Of a stretch of DNA of 64,000 nucleotides, positions 54,611 through 63,261 are shown one piece after another. The notes below the pieces were generated by a model. The model worked only from the letters and a program-made list of their open reading frames with translations, was not told where the DNA came from and did not search any database. This DNA comes from Sphingobacteriales bacterium (GTDB taxonomy: Bacteria > Bacteroidota > Bacteroidia > Chitinophagales > CAIOSU01). The DNA lies in assembly GCA_027483645.1 (NCBI GenBank), contig JAIXUD010000009.1:116814-180813 (forward strand). The letters are read 5' to 3'. The position numbers were made by a program, and so were the translations under genes. Position 1 is the first letter of the stretch. The number at the start of each line of letters is the position of its first letter.

Positions 54611-55402
54611 TTTTCTGAATTTGGATGCGTCAGATTAGGGGATTGGTTGGATTAAAATAAAATCTAAAACGAACGTCATTGCGAAGGCCTACATGGTGTT
54701 GCAGTTGGCAATGCCCTCCAATGGCCTGTGGCAATCCCCTGAGTCGTAGATAGGTCTTCAATGAACCAATGAGCTAATTACATATTGCGTGCTTCGTCTG
54801 AATCAGAATTTCCAGAATTTTAGAATTATAGAATTCCTTTGAGCCCTGGACGAGCGCTACCCGCACTATTTGTTAACTTATGCCTCGACCAGTGTACATC
54901 CTAGGTTTCAAACGTATACCGTTGGTATAAGAGTGAGATTGCCTTCAAAAGAAAACCGCTCGAACAATACAAATTTATAAAACTATTTTATATCCTGCAA
55001 ATATTTTTGAGGCTTACTGGGTGTATAATCTACAAACAATTGAATTACAGGGAGTTATTTTTAGCAAAACCCAACAAAATTTTATATCCCTTTACTGAGC
55101 TTGCATGTAACAAGCTGTCATAATGAGTCTCGTTTGAAACGAGATCGAAGGGTGCCAGCGATTGCTAAGCGAGCCGAAGTTTTTCACGAAGGCGAGCCAT
55201 GGACGGGCGCTACCATTGCCGTTTGCCAACTGATGCCTCGACCTTAGATTATGAAACGAACCACATAACTTCAAGATTACCACCGCAGCCAAGTTTGAAC
55301 ATGTTATGTGGGCTGGCTCTTCAGGAGCCAAATACCACGCCCTGCATGGCTAGTGACATCGGTTTTGCGTATGCTTAGGTAGGCGCAGTAAAAGATGCGA
55401 GG

Positions 55403-56047
55403 CTAATCGCAGTGCTGGTTGTAGGCAATAATCAATGCCATCAATGCTTGTTCGGCCTCTGGCGTAGCCATGTTTATCTTATGCGGCATTACAAACTGCT
55501 CCAGTTGCTCTTTAATGGCTGGGCAACTTTGCAATTTTGGAAGCAGCGACTCCTCAAATGCCTTTTTCTTTTGTACCTCATAAAATTGGCCGTCGAAAAA
55601 CACATAAAAGTGATAGGTGCCATATTGGCTAACACTTGATGTTGAAGTGTTGGTAGCCTTTGTACCTGGTGCAATGGTATTGGTCGTAGAGTGTGTAGAT
55701 GGTCCATAAAAAGGGGTCTCGGTCCATGCGTTTATCGCACCGCTAATTTCCCTTCTCAAAAACTCTACATATTTATTAGGTTTATTCGCGTTCTCAGGCA
55801 CTCGGTCATAAGTATGTTTCCCTTCTCGGTATGTGGTTACTTGTAGGGTACTTTTACGGTCAAGCGTAACAAATTGAGAATCTACATCGTAGCACCTAAG
55901 CCGTTGCAAGCTACCCGCCGAGCCCACACTGGCCATTACCATATGGCAATAGAAAGTATCCTTGGCATTTAGCACATAATAATCATTGCGCTGCCCAAAT
56001 GAAGCAAACGAACTCAATAATAACAATAGTATTATCAAATATTTCAT
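55403..56047 (-). CDS. Hypothetical secreted protein
   Basis: This 214-aa ORF has a signal peptide (MKYLIILLLLLSSFASFGQ). I recognised no family. Confidence 0.55.
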   Translation of the reverse strand: MKYLIILLLLLSSFASFGQRNDYYVLNAKDTFYCHMVMASVGSAGSLQRLRCYDVDSQFVTLDRKSTLQVTTYREGKHTYDRVPENANKPNKYVEFLRREISGAINAWTETPFYGPSTHSTTNTIAPGTKATNTSTSSVSQYGTYHFYVFFDGQFYEVQKKKAFEESLLPKLQSCPAIKEQLEQFVMPHKINMATPEAEQALMALIIAYNQHCD

Positions 56048-56216
56048 AAGCTATTTTATGGCTAAAATAACTCAAAACCTTCACTATTGCTAACACACCT
56101 CTATCTAGCGCAAGTATTTTGTGGCTGTTGCACAACCAGTATTTACTGGCCACGTAACATGTTCAAATCCTAAATGAAGAACAAGCTTGTAATGATGTAG
56201 AAATGGCTTTGGAATA

Positions 56217-56558
56217 TTACTCTGCAACATCATTATTCTCCTGAAGATAATTGTATATCTGGTGACTGCTCCAATTTTTGCATTCAGCTAGTTCTGGCAG
56301 TATATCCCATTCGCCATTGATAAGGGCTTGTTTTTTTGAACGGCTCCATCCTTTAATCTTCTTTTCCCAAGCTATAGCTTGTAATGCTTCGTTAAATACT
56401 TCCCTGTATACCACCGTTGCTGGCCTTCTCTTGTAGGTATATGCTTTCTTGTCTAAACCTTCGTTATGCTCATTAACGCGCCTATCTACATCGTTGGTTA
56501 TGCCTGTGTAATAGGAATCATCTGAACAGTAGAGTATGTAGACATAATAGAGTTTCAT
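56217..56558 (-). CDS. GIY-YIG nuclease family protein (small, stand-alone)
   Basis: The motifs are YYVYILYCSDDSYYTGITNDVDRRVNEHNEG (GIY..YIG plus a conserved Arg and a Glu-containing helix). It is 113 aa. Confidence 0.8.
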   Translation of the reverse strand: MKLYYVYILYCSDDSYYTGITNDVDRRVNEHNEGLDKKAYTYKRRPATVVYREVFNEALQAIAWEKKIKGWSRSKKQALINGEWDILPELAECKNWSSHQIYNYLQENNDVAE

Positions 56559-56612
56559 GATAGGAAGTTACAAAAAGTATTCGATGTATTAATGCTGTAG
56601 GAACAAAGGTGT

Positions 56613-56776
56613 GTGTCATGCAGAGCGTAGTCGAAGCACGACACACACCGCTGGTGCTGTTTGCAGCGAATTACAATCAAGGCAGGGCGATCCTTACCGT
56701 TTAGCACTAGGCAACAGCACCGTTAAACGCAACACCGCCCATCGTGTCGTGCTTCGACTACAGCTCAGCATGACAC
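56613..56776. repeat. 164-nt nested hairpin element between tilS stop and GIY-YIG start
   Basis: The outer arms are gtgtcatgcagagcgtagtcgaagcacgacac (56613-56644) and gtgtcgtgcttcgactacagctcagcatgacac (56744-56776). An inner stem pairs ggtgctgtttgc (56653-56664) with gcaacagcacc (56710-56720). Confidence 0.75.
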
Positions 56777-56809
56777 GATGGGCTATTCACGATAGGCGAC
56801 CATTTCTAT

Positions 56810-58171
56810 TTACACCACCCCCACCTCCACCACTTCCCGCGTCCCCACCCCCACCTTAAACCGATCATCCACCCGCAACCCCACCACCCAAACAATATGC
56901 TCACCAGAAAGCAGCACCCAAGTGTTCTCCTTCTGCAACTGTGTCAGCTTCAATTCACCCAACAAATTGCTCAACTTCTTTTTCTTGCGCTTGGGGCCGA
57001 TGGGGTACAGGTAGTCGCCGCGCTGCCAGCGGCGCAGGATTAAGGGCAGGGAGAGCTTGCCCGCATTAAGGGCGGCCACGGTGGGTTGGGTGGGTATGTG
57101 GTAGTTGGTGGCCGTCTGCACATGGAATTTCAGCTCCAGCCCCGGCACCTTCACCCGCTTACTGTATTTCTCTATCAGCACGCGGTGGTCATTTTCCACA
57201 GCTTTTTCGGTCAGCACCAAAAACTGTCGGTCTTTTATCAACCGGTAATCAGCGCTGTAAAACTTCTTCACTTCTGTGCTGGGCAGTGCGGCCAGTATCT
57301 CTTGCACCTGCGCTTCGTTAAAACCCGCCGGGCTTAGCCACTCATATAATAAGGTGCTTTGTGCGGGGTACAGTTGGAGCTTTTTTATAGGTACGTGCTG
57401 CCCGCTGGGGCGATTGTCAATCAGCTTCTTTAGGTAGTATTTTATGCCCTGCTCGTAGATAATGGCGGCATCTTTAAAGTAGTCCGCCTCTTGGGCTAGG
57501 GTGTTTACCACGGCGGGGTTTAGCTGTGCTAGTAGCGGGAACACCTCATGGCGCAAGAAGTTGCGCTGGTAGTGGGTGTCGGCATTGCTGGCATCGGTGC
57601 GCCAGGTTAGGTTGTGGTCGGCGGCGTATTGCTCCAATTCCTCACGGGTAAAGGGCAGCAGTGGCCGCACCAAGTGCCCGTGCTTCGGCAACATACCATG
57701 CAGCCCGCGGATGCCAGTACCTTTAATAATATTCAGCAGCACGGTCTCGGCTTGGTCGTTTCGGTGGTGGGCAGTGGCTAGGTAATAGCAACTGGTTTCC
57801 TTTCGGATGTCTTCCAACCACGCATATCTTAGGTCACGTGCAGCCATTTGGGTGCTTACGCCATGCTGCTTGGCATACCCCTTTGTGTTGAACTTGATGC
57901 TATAAAAAGGCAAATTGAGTTCCTTGGCTAAGTTTTCCACAAAGGCCTCATCGCCATCGGCATCATCCCCCCGTAGCTGGAAGTTGCAATGCGCCACGAC
58001 CGCGGCATAGCTCAAACCATGCAGCAGGTGCGCCATCACCACGCTATCCAGCCCGCCGCTTACGGCCAGCAGCACTTTATCGCCCGGGCGCAATAGGATT
58101 TCAGCTTGCAAGTGAGCTTGCAGGCGTTCAATTAGGGGGGCGTTAATAGTCTTCTTCCTCGTCATCGGCAA
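56810..58171 (-). CDS. tilS: tRNA(Ile)-lysidine synthetase
   Basis: The PP-loop is LLAVSGGLDSVVMAHLL. Its 453-aa length and central/C-terminal domains are typical of TilS. The start overlaps the upstream TPR gene end by about 25 nt. Confidence 0.85.
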   Translation of the reverse strand: MPMTRKKTINAPLIERLQAHLQAEILLRPGDKVLLAVSGGLDSVVMAHLLHGLSYAAVVAHCNFQLRGDDADGDEAFVENLAKELNLPFYSIKFNTKGYAKQHGVSTQMAARDLRYAWLEDIRKETSCYYLATAHHRNDQAETVLLNIIKGTGIRGLHGMLPKHGHLVRPLLPFTREELEQYAADHNLTWRTDASNADTHYQRNFLRHEVFPLLAQLNPAVVNTLAQEADYFKDAAIIYEQGIKYYLKKLIDNRPSGQHVPIKKLQLYPAQSTLLYEWLSPAGFNEAQVQEILAALPSTEVKKFYSADYRLIKDRQFLVLTEKAVENDHRVLIEKYSKRVKVPGLELKFHVQTATNYHIPTQPTVAALNAGKLSLPLILRRWQRGDYLYPIGPKRKKKKLSNLLGELKLTQLQKENTWVLLSGEHIVWVVGLRVDDRFKVGVGTREVVEVGVV

Positions 58172-58478
58172 TCAGCGCAAGTGCGCCTTTAAGTTCGTTA
58201 TGGTCGTGGTGGGCACCGCGCTGTCGGGTTACCTCAAGTCCTAGTTTGTACGTTTCAATAGCCGTAGGGGCATCGCCCATAGCCTCGTGCAATTTACCCA
58301 AATGATAGTAAGCACCGGTATAGTTGGGGTTGGTTTGCAGCAAATCGGCAAAAAACTTTAACGCCTCTGGTTTGTTATCTGTCTTTATATACTCTTGTGC
58401 TATGGCATACAACAGAAATGAATCAGTAGGGTTATCCACCAACATCGTTTTCAATTGTTTCAATCTCTCCTGATTCAT
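58143..58478 (-). CDS. Small TPR-repeat protein
   Basis: I prefer the ATG at 58478 (MNQERLKQLKTML). Two to three TPR-like helix pairs are visible (AIAQEYIKTDNKPEALKFFADLL, GAYYHLGKLHEAMGDAPTAIETYKLGL). Confidence 0.6.
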   Translation of the reverse strand: MNQERLKQLKTMLVDNPTDSFLLYAIAQEYIKTDNKPEALKFFADLLQTNPNYTGAYYHLGKLHEAMGDAPTAIETYKLGLEVTRQRGAHHDHNELKGALALIADDEEEDY

Positions 58479-58556
58479 TTTGATATTCTTATGATAAAAC
58501 GCTATTTTCGCTACCGCAAATTCTATTACCAATCCTCATAAATCAAGCCTAAAAAT

Positions 58557-59297
58557 ATGAAATTCTTAGTGTGTATAAGCAAGGCGCCTGATACTACCAC
58601 CAAGATTACCTTCACGGACAATAATACAAAGTTCAACGAAGATAAGGTGCAGTGGATTATGAATCCTACTGATGAGTGGTATGCTCTGGTAAGAGCCCTT
58701 GAGTTGAAAGAAACGCTGGGCGGTACCGTTACCACCGTTACAGTTGGCAAAGGCGACGTAGAGCCTGTTATCCGTAAGGGTTTGGCCATTGGTGCTGACG
58801 ATGCCGTGCGCATTGATGCCGACGATACCGACGCATACCAAGTTGCTTCCCTAATTGCCGACTACGCCAAGAGCGAAAATTTCGACGTAATATTTACTGG
58901 TAAAGAAACCATCAACTACAACGGTTTCCTGGTACCGGGCATGTTGGCCGAGTTGTTGGATTTGCCATACGTAAGCCTAGCTGTAAAGCTGGAGCTTAAC
59001 GGCAACGTAGCTACCGCCATCCGCGAAATTGAAGGCGGCGAAGAAACCTTGCAAGTAAATACCCCACTGGTAATAAGCTGCCAAAAAGGTATGGCCGAGG
59101 CCCGCATACCAAACATGCGCGGTATTATGGCTGCCCGTACCAAGCCATTGAAAGTGGTTGCCCCAGGTTCGGTAGCAAGCCTTACCGTGGTTAAAAACTT
59201 TGAGCCACCTAAAGAGCGTGGCAACGTGAAGTTGGTAAGTGCGGATAATGTTGAAGAACTAGTACGTTTATTACACGAAGAAGCTAAAGTAATCTAA
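58557..59297 (+). CDS. etfB: Electron transfer flavoprotein beta subunit
   Basis: The pattern MKFLVCISKAPDTTTKI...NPTDEWYALVRALELKE is typical. It sits immediately upstream of etfA. Confidence 0.9.
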   Translation: MKFLVCISKAPDTTTKITFTDNNTKFNEDKVQWIMNPTDEWYALVRALELKETLGGTVTTVTVGKGDVEPVIRKGLAIGADDAVRIDADDTDAYQVASLIADYAKSENFDVIFTGKETINYNGFLVPGMLAELLDLPYVSLAVKLELNGNVATAIREIEGGEETLQVNTPLVISCQKGMAEARIPNMRGIMAARTKPLKVVAPGSVASLTVVKNFEPPKERGNVKLVSADNVEELVRLLHEEAKVI

Positions 59298-59300
59298 GCC

Positions 59301-60278
59301 ATGTCAGTATTAATATTTGTAGAAACCCAAGAGGGTAAACTGAAAAAGAGCGCCCGCGAGGCCGCCAGCTACGGTGCTAAACTGGCTGGTAAACTAGGTA
59401 CAGACGCCTTAGCCATTGCCCTAGGCAAGGTGGAGCATAGCGAGCTGGCTACCCTTGGCCAACAAGGTGTAACTAAAGTATTGCACGAAGAGAGCAGCAA
59501 TTTCGACCATTTTGATAGCCGTGCTTATGCCAAAGCCGTTGCTGCCGCTGCCGATAAGGCTGGTGCAACCGTAGTAGTATTGAGCAGCAGCTTCAATGGT
59601 AAAGCATTGGCCCCACGCCTTTCGGTTCGCCTGAAAGCCGGTTTGGTGAGCAACGCAACCGAATTGGCCAACACCGATGGTGGCTTTACGGTGAAAAAAG
59701 CGGTATTTAGCGGCAAAGGAGTTGCTAACTACAGCATCACTACTGATAAGAAAATAGTTACGGTAAACGCCAACTCTTTCCCTATTGCTAGTGGCGGCGG
59801 CGCTGCTGCTATCGAAGATTTCAGTGCTGGTTTATCTGCTAGCGATTTTGCCATCAAAATTACGCATGTAGAGAAAGCTGGCGAAGGTATTCCATTGCCT
59901 GAAGCCGAGTTGGTAGTATCTGCCGGCCGTGGTTTGAAAGGCCCTGAGAACTGGGGTATGATTGAGGAAATGGCAACTATACTACACGCCGCTACTGCTT
60001 GCAGCCGCGCCGTGAGCGATGTTGACTGGCGCCCGCACCACGAGCACGTGGGCCAAACCGGTTTGACCATTAGCCCTAACCTGTACATTGCAGTTGGTAT
60101 CTCTGGTGCTATCCAGCACTTGGCTGGCGTAAGCAGCAGCAAAACCATTGTGGTTATCAACAGCGATCCTGAAGCACCTTTCTTTAAGGCTGCCGATTAT
60201 GGTATTGTAGGCGATGCCTTCCAAATTGTACCTAAATTGAACGATGCGCTGAAGAAATACTTCTCTAGCCACAACTAA
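59301..60278 (+). CDS. etfA: Electron transfer flavoprotein alpha subunit
   Basis: The C-terminal FAD-binding block is LYIAVGISGAIQHLAGV...IVVINSDPEAPFF. Confidence 0.9.
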   Translation: MSVLIFVETQEGKLKKSAREAASYGAKLAGKLGTDALAIALGKVEHSELATLGQQGVTKVLHEESSNFDHFDSRAYAKAVAAAADKAGATVVVLSSSFNGKALAPRLSVRLKAGLVSNATELANTDGGFTVKKAVFSGKGVANYSITTDKKIVTVNANSFPIASGGGAAAIEDFSAGLSASDFAIKITHVEKAGEGIPLPEAELVVSAGRGLKGPENWGMIEEMATILHAATACSRAVSDVDWRPHHEHVGQTGLTISPNLYIAVGISGAIQHLAGVSSSKTIVVINSDPEAPFFKAADYGIVGDAFQIVPKLNDALKKYFSSHN

Positions 60279-60286
60279 TATTCTCT

Positions 60287-60349
60287 AGGCTTAGAAACGG
60301 TTTAGAAAAATTCTTATCCGGATATTTTTAAACCGTTTCTAAGAAGCCT
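60287..60349 (+). terminator. Long hairpin (probable terminator) after etfA
   Basis: The arms are aggctt-agaaacggttta (60287-60304) and taaaccgtttct-aag-aagcct (60329-60349), with a 3-nt bulge. A/T runs lie on both sides, so it could act bidirectionally. Confidence 0.6.
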
Positions 60350-60362
60350 ATCTTGCAGCTAT

Positions 60363-60992
60363 ATGGAGAAACTCGAACTCGAGATTGTTGCGCTTTCTCA
60401 CAGCATTGCTGGGTCTCACTCGTATGCAGTGGTGTTAGGAGAAGTGCAAGGTGTACGCCGCTTACCTATTGTGATAGGCGGCCCTGAGGCCCAGGCGATA
60501 GCCGTGGCGCTAGAGAAAATGAACCCGAGCCGTCCGCTTACCCACGATTTGATGCGGAACATGTTCCAAACATTCGACATCAAGCTGGAAGAAGTAGTGA
60601 TAAGCAACTTAAAAGATGGTATCTTCTTTGCCCAACTGGTTTGCAGCCGTGGCGGCGAAAGTGTTGAGATAGACTCTCGTACCAGTGATGCCCTTGCATT
60701 AGCGGTGCGCTTCAACTGCCCCATCTACACTTACGAGTTTATACTCGACCAAGCAGGCATAGTAATGGAAGAGAGCCAGAAAGAAGCCAGCGAAGCTTCT
60801 GATGACGACGACGATGAAGCCATCGCAGCACCGGTACCAACCGTAGTATCATCATCTGGCAGCAACGACATCTCCAAAATGAGCACTGATGAGCTGAAAG
60901 AAATGCTGAACACGTTGCTAGGCAGGGAAGATTATGAGGAGGCGGCAAAAATTCGCGATGAAATAGCCCGCCGCAAGGAGAAAGAATCCTAA
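60363..60992 (+). CDS. Bifunctional nuclease (DUF151/BFN) domain protein with C-terminal UVR motif
   Basis: The BFN pattern is LPIVIGGPEAQAIAVALE...RPLTHDL...DSRTSDALALAVRF. An acidic linker follows, then a UvrB/C-like helix (YEEAAKIRDEIARRKE). Confidence 0.8.
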   Translation: MEKLELEIVALSHSIAGSHSYAVVLGEVQGVRRLPIVIGGPEAQAIAVALEKMNPSRPLTHDLMRNMFQTFDIKLEEVVISNLKDGIFFAQLVCSRGGESVEIDSRTSDALALAVRFNCPIYTYEFILDQAGIVMEESQKEASEASDDDDDEAIAAPVPTVVSSSGSNDISKMSTDELKEMLNTLLGREDYEEAAKIRDEIARRKEKES

Positions 60993-61022
60993 TATTTTTT
61001 ATCTGCACTCTAATTCTTTCCC

Positions 61023-62315
61023 GTGGCTATAGCTATCCTTCGAGCTTTATTAGGTATTACGGTGCTATTAGCGATAGCATACGCATTTAGCAACAACCGT
61101 AAGATTATTGACTGGAAGCTTGTGGTTACCGGCTTAGTACTTCAAGTAATTTTTGCCATAGGCGTATTGAAGGTTGATTGGGTGAGTAGCGGTTTCGATG
61201 CCGTTGCCAAAGGGTTTGTAGCCGTGTTGGATTACTCTTTTAAAGGTGCCGAAATGCTTTTCGGTGGCCTGATGAACATCGAGTCGTTCGGGTTCATTTT
61301 TGCGTTTCAAGTATTGCCTACCATAATATTTTTCTCGGCGCTCACCTCGTTTCTTTATTACATTGGCGTATTGCAGAAAATAGTATATGCCTTTGCTTGG
61401 GTAATGAGCAAAACCATGCGCCTGAGCGGTGCCGAGAGCCTAGCTATGGCAGGTAACATTTTCTTAGGCCAAACCGAAGCCCCACTGCTGGTAAAGCCTT
61501 ACCTGGAGAAGATGACCCCTTCGGAAATTATGTGCTTAATGACGGGCGGCATGGCTACCATCGCAGGCGGTGTGTTGGCAGCCTACATCAATAACCTAAG
61601 CGGTGGCGATGAGGCTTTGAAGCTATATTTTGCTAGGCATTTGCTAGCGGCATCCATTATGTCAGCCCCGGCAGCTATTGTTATTTGTAAACTTATTTAT
61701 CCGGAAGATCAACCTGACAAAATCGACCGCAAATTAGTGGTACCTAAAGAGCGTATTGGCAGCAACGTGCTAGATGCTATAGCAATAGGTACAACAGATG
61801 GATTGAAGATGGCCGTAAACGTAGGTGCCATGCTACTGGTATTTACCGCTATGATGTATTTGGTAAACGGATTGTTGGGTACGGTAGGTGGTTGGGTTGG
61901 ACTAAATGAACTAATTGCTTCATCTACTGATGGCCGATTTGATAGCCTGAGCCTACAATATGTATTGGGTATGCTGTTTTCGCCAATAGCATGGGTAATG
62001 GGCACCGACCCTAAAGACATGCTTTCTATCGGCCAGTTGCTGGGTGAAAAAACTATTCTCAACGAATTTGTAGCCTATCAAACACTGGGCGACATGAAGA
62101 GCTCTGGCATCCTTACCGATCAAAAGTCAATAATTATTGCCGTTTACTCGCTATGTGGGTTTGCTAACTTCGCCTCTATCGGCATCCAAATTGGAGGCAT
62201 CAGCATTTTAGCCCCCAACCAGCGTGGCAATCTCGTTCGCCTGGGCATACGCTCTATGATAGCAGGTACGTTAGCTACGTTGATGACAGCTACGATTGTG
62301 GCGGCGATGGTGTAG
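61023..62315 (+). CDS. nupC: Concentrative nucleoside transporter (NupC/CNT family), GTG start
   Basis: Characteristic blocks are present (LSGAESLAMAGNIFLGQTEAPLLVKPYL, MTGGMATIAGGVLAAY, LCGFANFASIGIQIGG). Confidence 0.8.
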   Translation: MAIAILRALLGITVLLAIAYAFSNNRKIIDWKLVVTGLVLQVIFAIGVLKVDWVSSGFDAVAKGFVAVLDYSFKGAEMLFGGLMNIESFGFIFAFQVLPTIIFFSALTSFLYYIGVLQKIVYAFAWVMSKTMRLSGAESLAMAGNIFLGQTEAPLLVKPYLEKMTPSEIMCLMTGGMATIAGGVLAAYINNLSGGDEALKLYFARHLLAASIMSAPAAIVICKLIYPEDQPDKIDRKLVVPKERIGSNVLDAIAIGTTDGLKMAVNVGAMLLVFTAMMYLVNGLLGTVGGWVGLNELIASSTDGRFDSLSLQYVLGMLFSPIAWVMGTDPKDMLSIGQLLGEKTILNEFVAYQTLGDMKSSGILTDQKSIIIAVYSLCGFANFASIGIQIGGISILAPNQRGNLVRLGIRSMIAGTLATLMTATIVAAMV

Positions 62316-62321
62316 TTTGTT

Positions 62322-62398
62322 TGGACCAAGGACGAAGGACGAAAGACCATGGTTTGCTTCATAATTCTTTCCGTGTTTTTCCGTGTTCTCCGTGGTTG
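62322..62398. repeat. Composite word array: GGACCA/GGACGA words + TGGTTTGCTTCA + CCGTG(T/G)T words
   Basis: The first part is tggaccaaggacgaaggacgaaagaccatggtttgcttca (62322-62361). The second is ccgtgtttttccgtgttctccgtggttg (62371-62398). It starts 6 nt after the nupC-like stop. Confidence 0.8.
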
Positions 62399-62514
62399 AT
62401 TCTCGATTAACTCCTTTTGACTATAGATTATCCTCAATCTATAAAAACGTTATTCAACGTATTGCGATTGTTTGCTAGCTTTATTGTCACAAATAACTAA
62501 TAACCAGTCAACAA

Positions 62515-62955
62515 ATGTCCGCAAACGTCAACGAGAAGATACGCCAGTTTTTTGCCGAGTATGAAAAGGCTTTCGAGAAAGGCATTGCCGGTAAGCCCGA
62601 TGTAATGTCTACCGTAAACTCGTTTGCGCATGTATTCGTGGAGGCTAGTCCGTTAGGTATTATGGGCGGTACTAACGATAATAAATTTCGAGATGCCATC
62701 GCCAAAGGCTTCGAGTTCTACAGAAAGATGGGTGCTAAAAGCATGACGATTGAAAAGATTGACATCACTGCAATAGACGCCTACCACTACCAGGCCAAGA
62801 TACATTGGAAGGCCCGCTATGAGCAAACCAAACTCGAGGTGGATATTGAGTTTAATATTATCTACCTACTACAAAACCTCAACAACAAGCTGGAGATATT
62901 TGCCTACATCACCGGTGATGAACAGGCGGCGTTGCGGAAGCATGGGTTGATATAG
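62515..62955 (+). CDS. Hypothetical protein, NTF2-like fold suspected
   Basis: This 146-aa ORF has the size and alternating pattern of SnoaL/NTF2-like proteins. The call is weak. Confidence 0.45.
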   Translation: MSANVNEKIRQFFAEYEKAFEKGIAGKPDVMSTVNSFAHVFVEASPLGIMGGTNDNKFRDAIAKGFEFYRKMGAKSMTIEKIDITAIDAYHYQAKIHWKARYEQTKLEVDIEFNIIYLLQNLNNKLEIFAYITGDEQAALRKHGLI

Positions 62956-62956
62956 T

Positions 62957-63258
62957 GTTGGACCATGGACGATAGACCATGGTTTGCTTCAAAAAAATTA
63001 CCGAAAGGTGTAACATTGTAAACGACTTTCGAGCTTTTCGCAAGATTGGAAGTGACCCATTGCTTGGAAATAATTACTATTTGTTTAAACTATTGATTGA
63101 AGCAGTCCATGGTCCATCGTCCACCGTCCACCAAAACAACAACGGCCACCGAAAATCGGTAGCCGTTGAAAATATTTGAAGCAGTCCATGGTCCTTCGTC
63201 TATCGTCCATGGTCCAAATTTCAGTTCTTGGTCTCTGGTCCTTCGTCCATGGTCCAAC
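62957..63258. repeat. Inverted pair of GGACCA/GGACGA word arrays enclosing ~185 nt (MITE-like layout)
   Basis: The left arm is gttggaccatggacgatagaccatggtttgcttca (62957-62991). The right arm is tgaagcagtccatggtccttcgtctatcgtccatggtccaa (63177-63217), its near reverse complement. Extra copies lie at 63098-63132 and 63220-63258. Confidence 0.8.
63131..63168 (-). terminator. Probable intrinsic terminator for the helicase gene
   Basis: In the minus-strand reading, the hairpin caacggctaccgattttcggtggccgttg (63168-63140) is followed by ttgttttgg. It lies about 95 nt downstream of the stop at 63262. Confidence 0.5.
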
Positions 63259-63261
63259 TAT

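Noticed and set aside
56611-56859. 82-aa ORF (MCHAERSRSTTH...PPPPPPLPASPPPP)
   Set aside because: It spans the inverted-repeat element and then runs antisense into the tilS 3' end. It is the translation of a hairpin plus a poly-Pro artefact.
62979-63179. 66-aa ORF between the inverted word arrays
   Set aside because: It has no start context or recognisable features. It lies wholly inside the MITE-like repeat region and overlaps the predicted helicase terminator.
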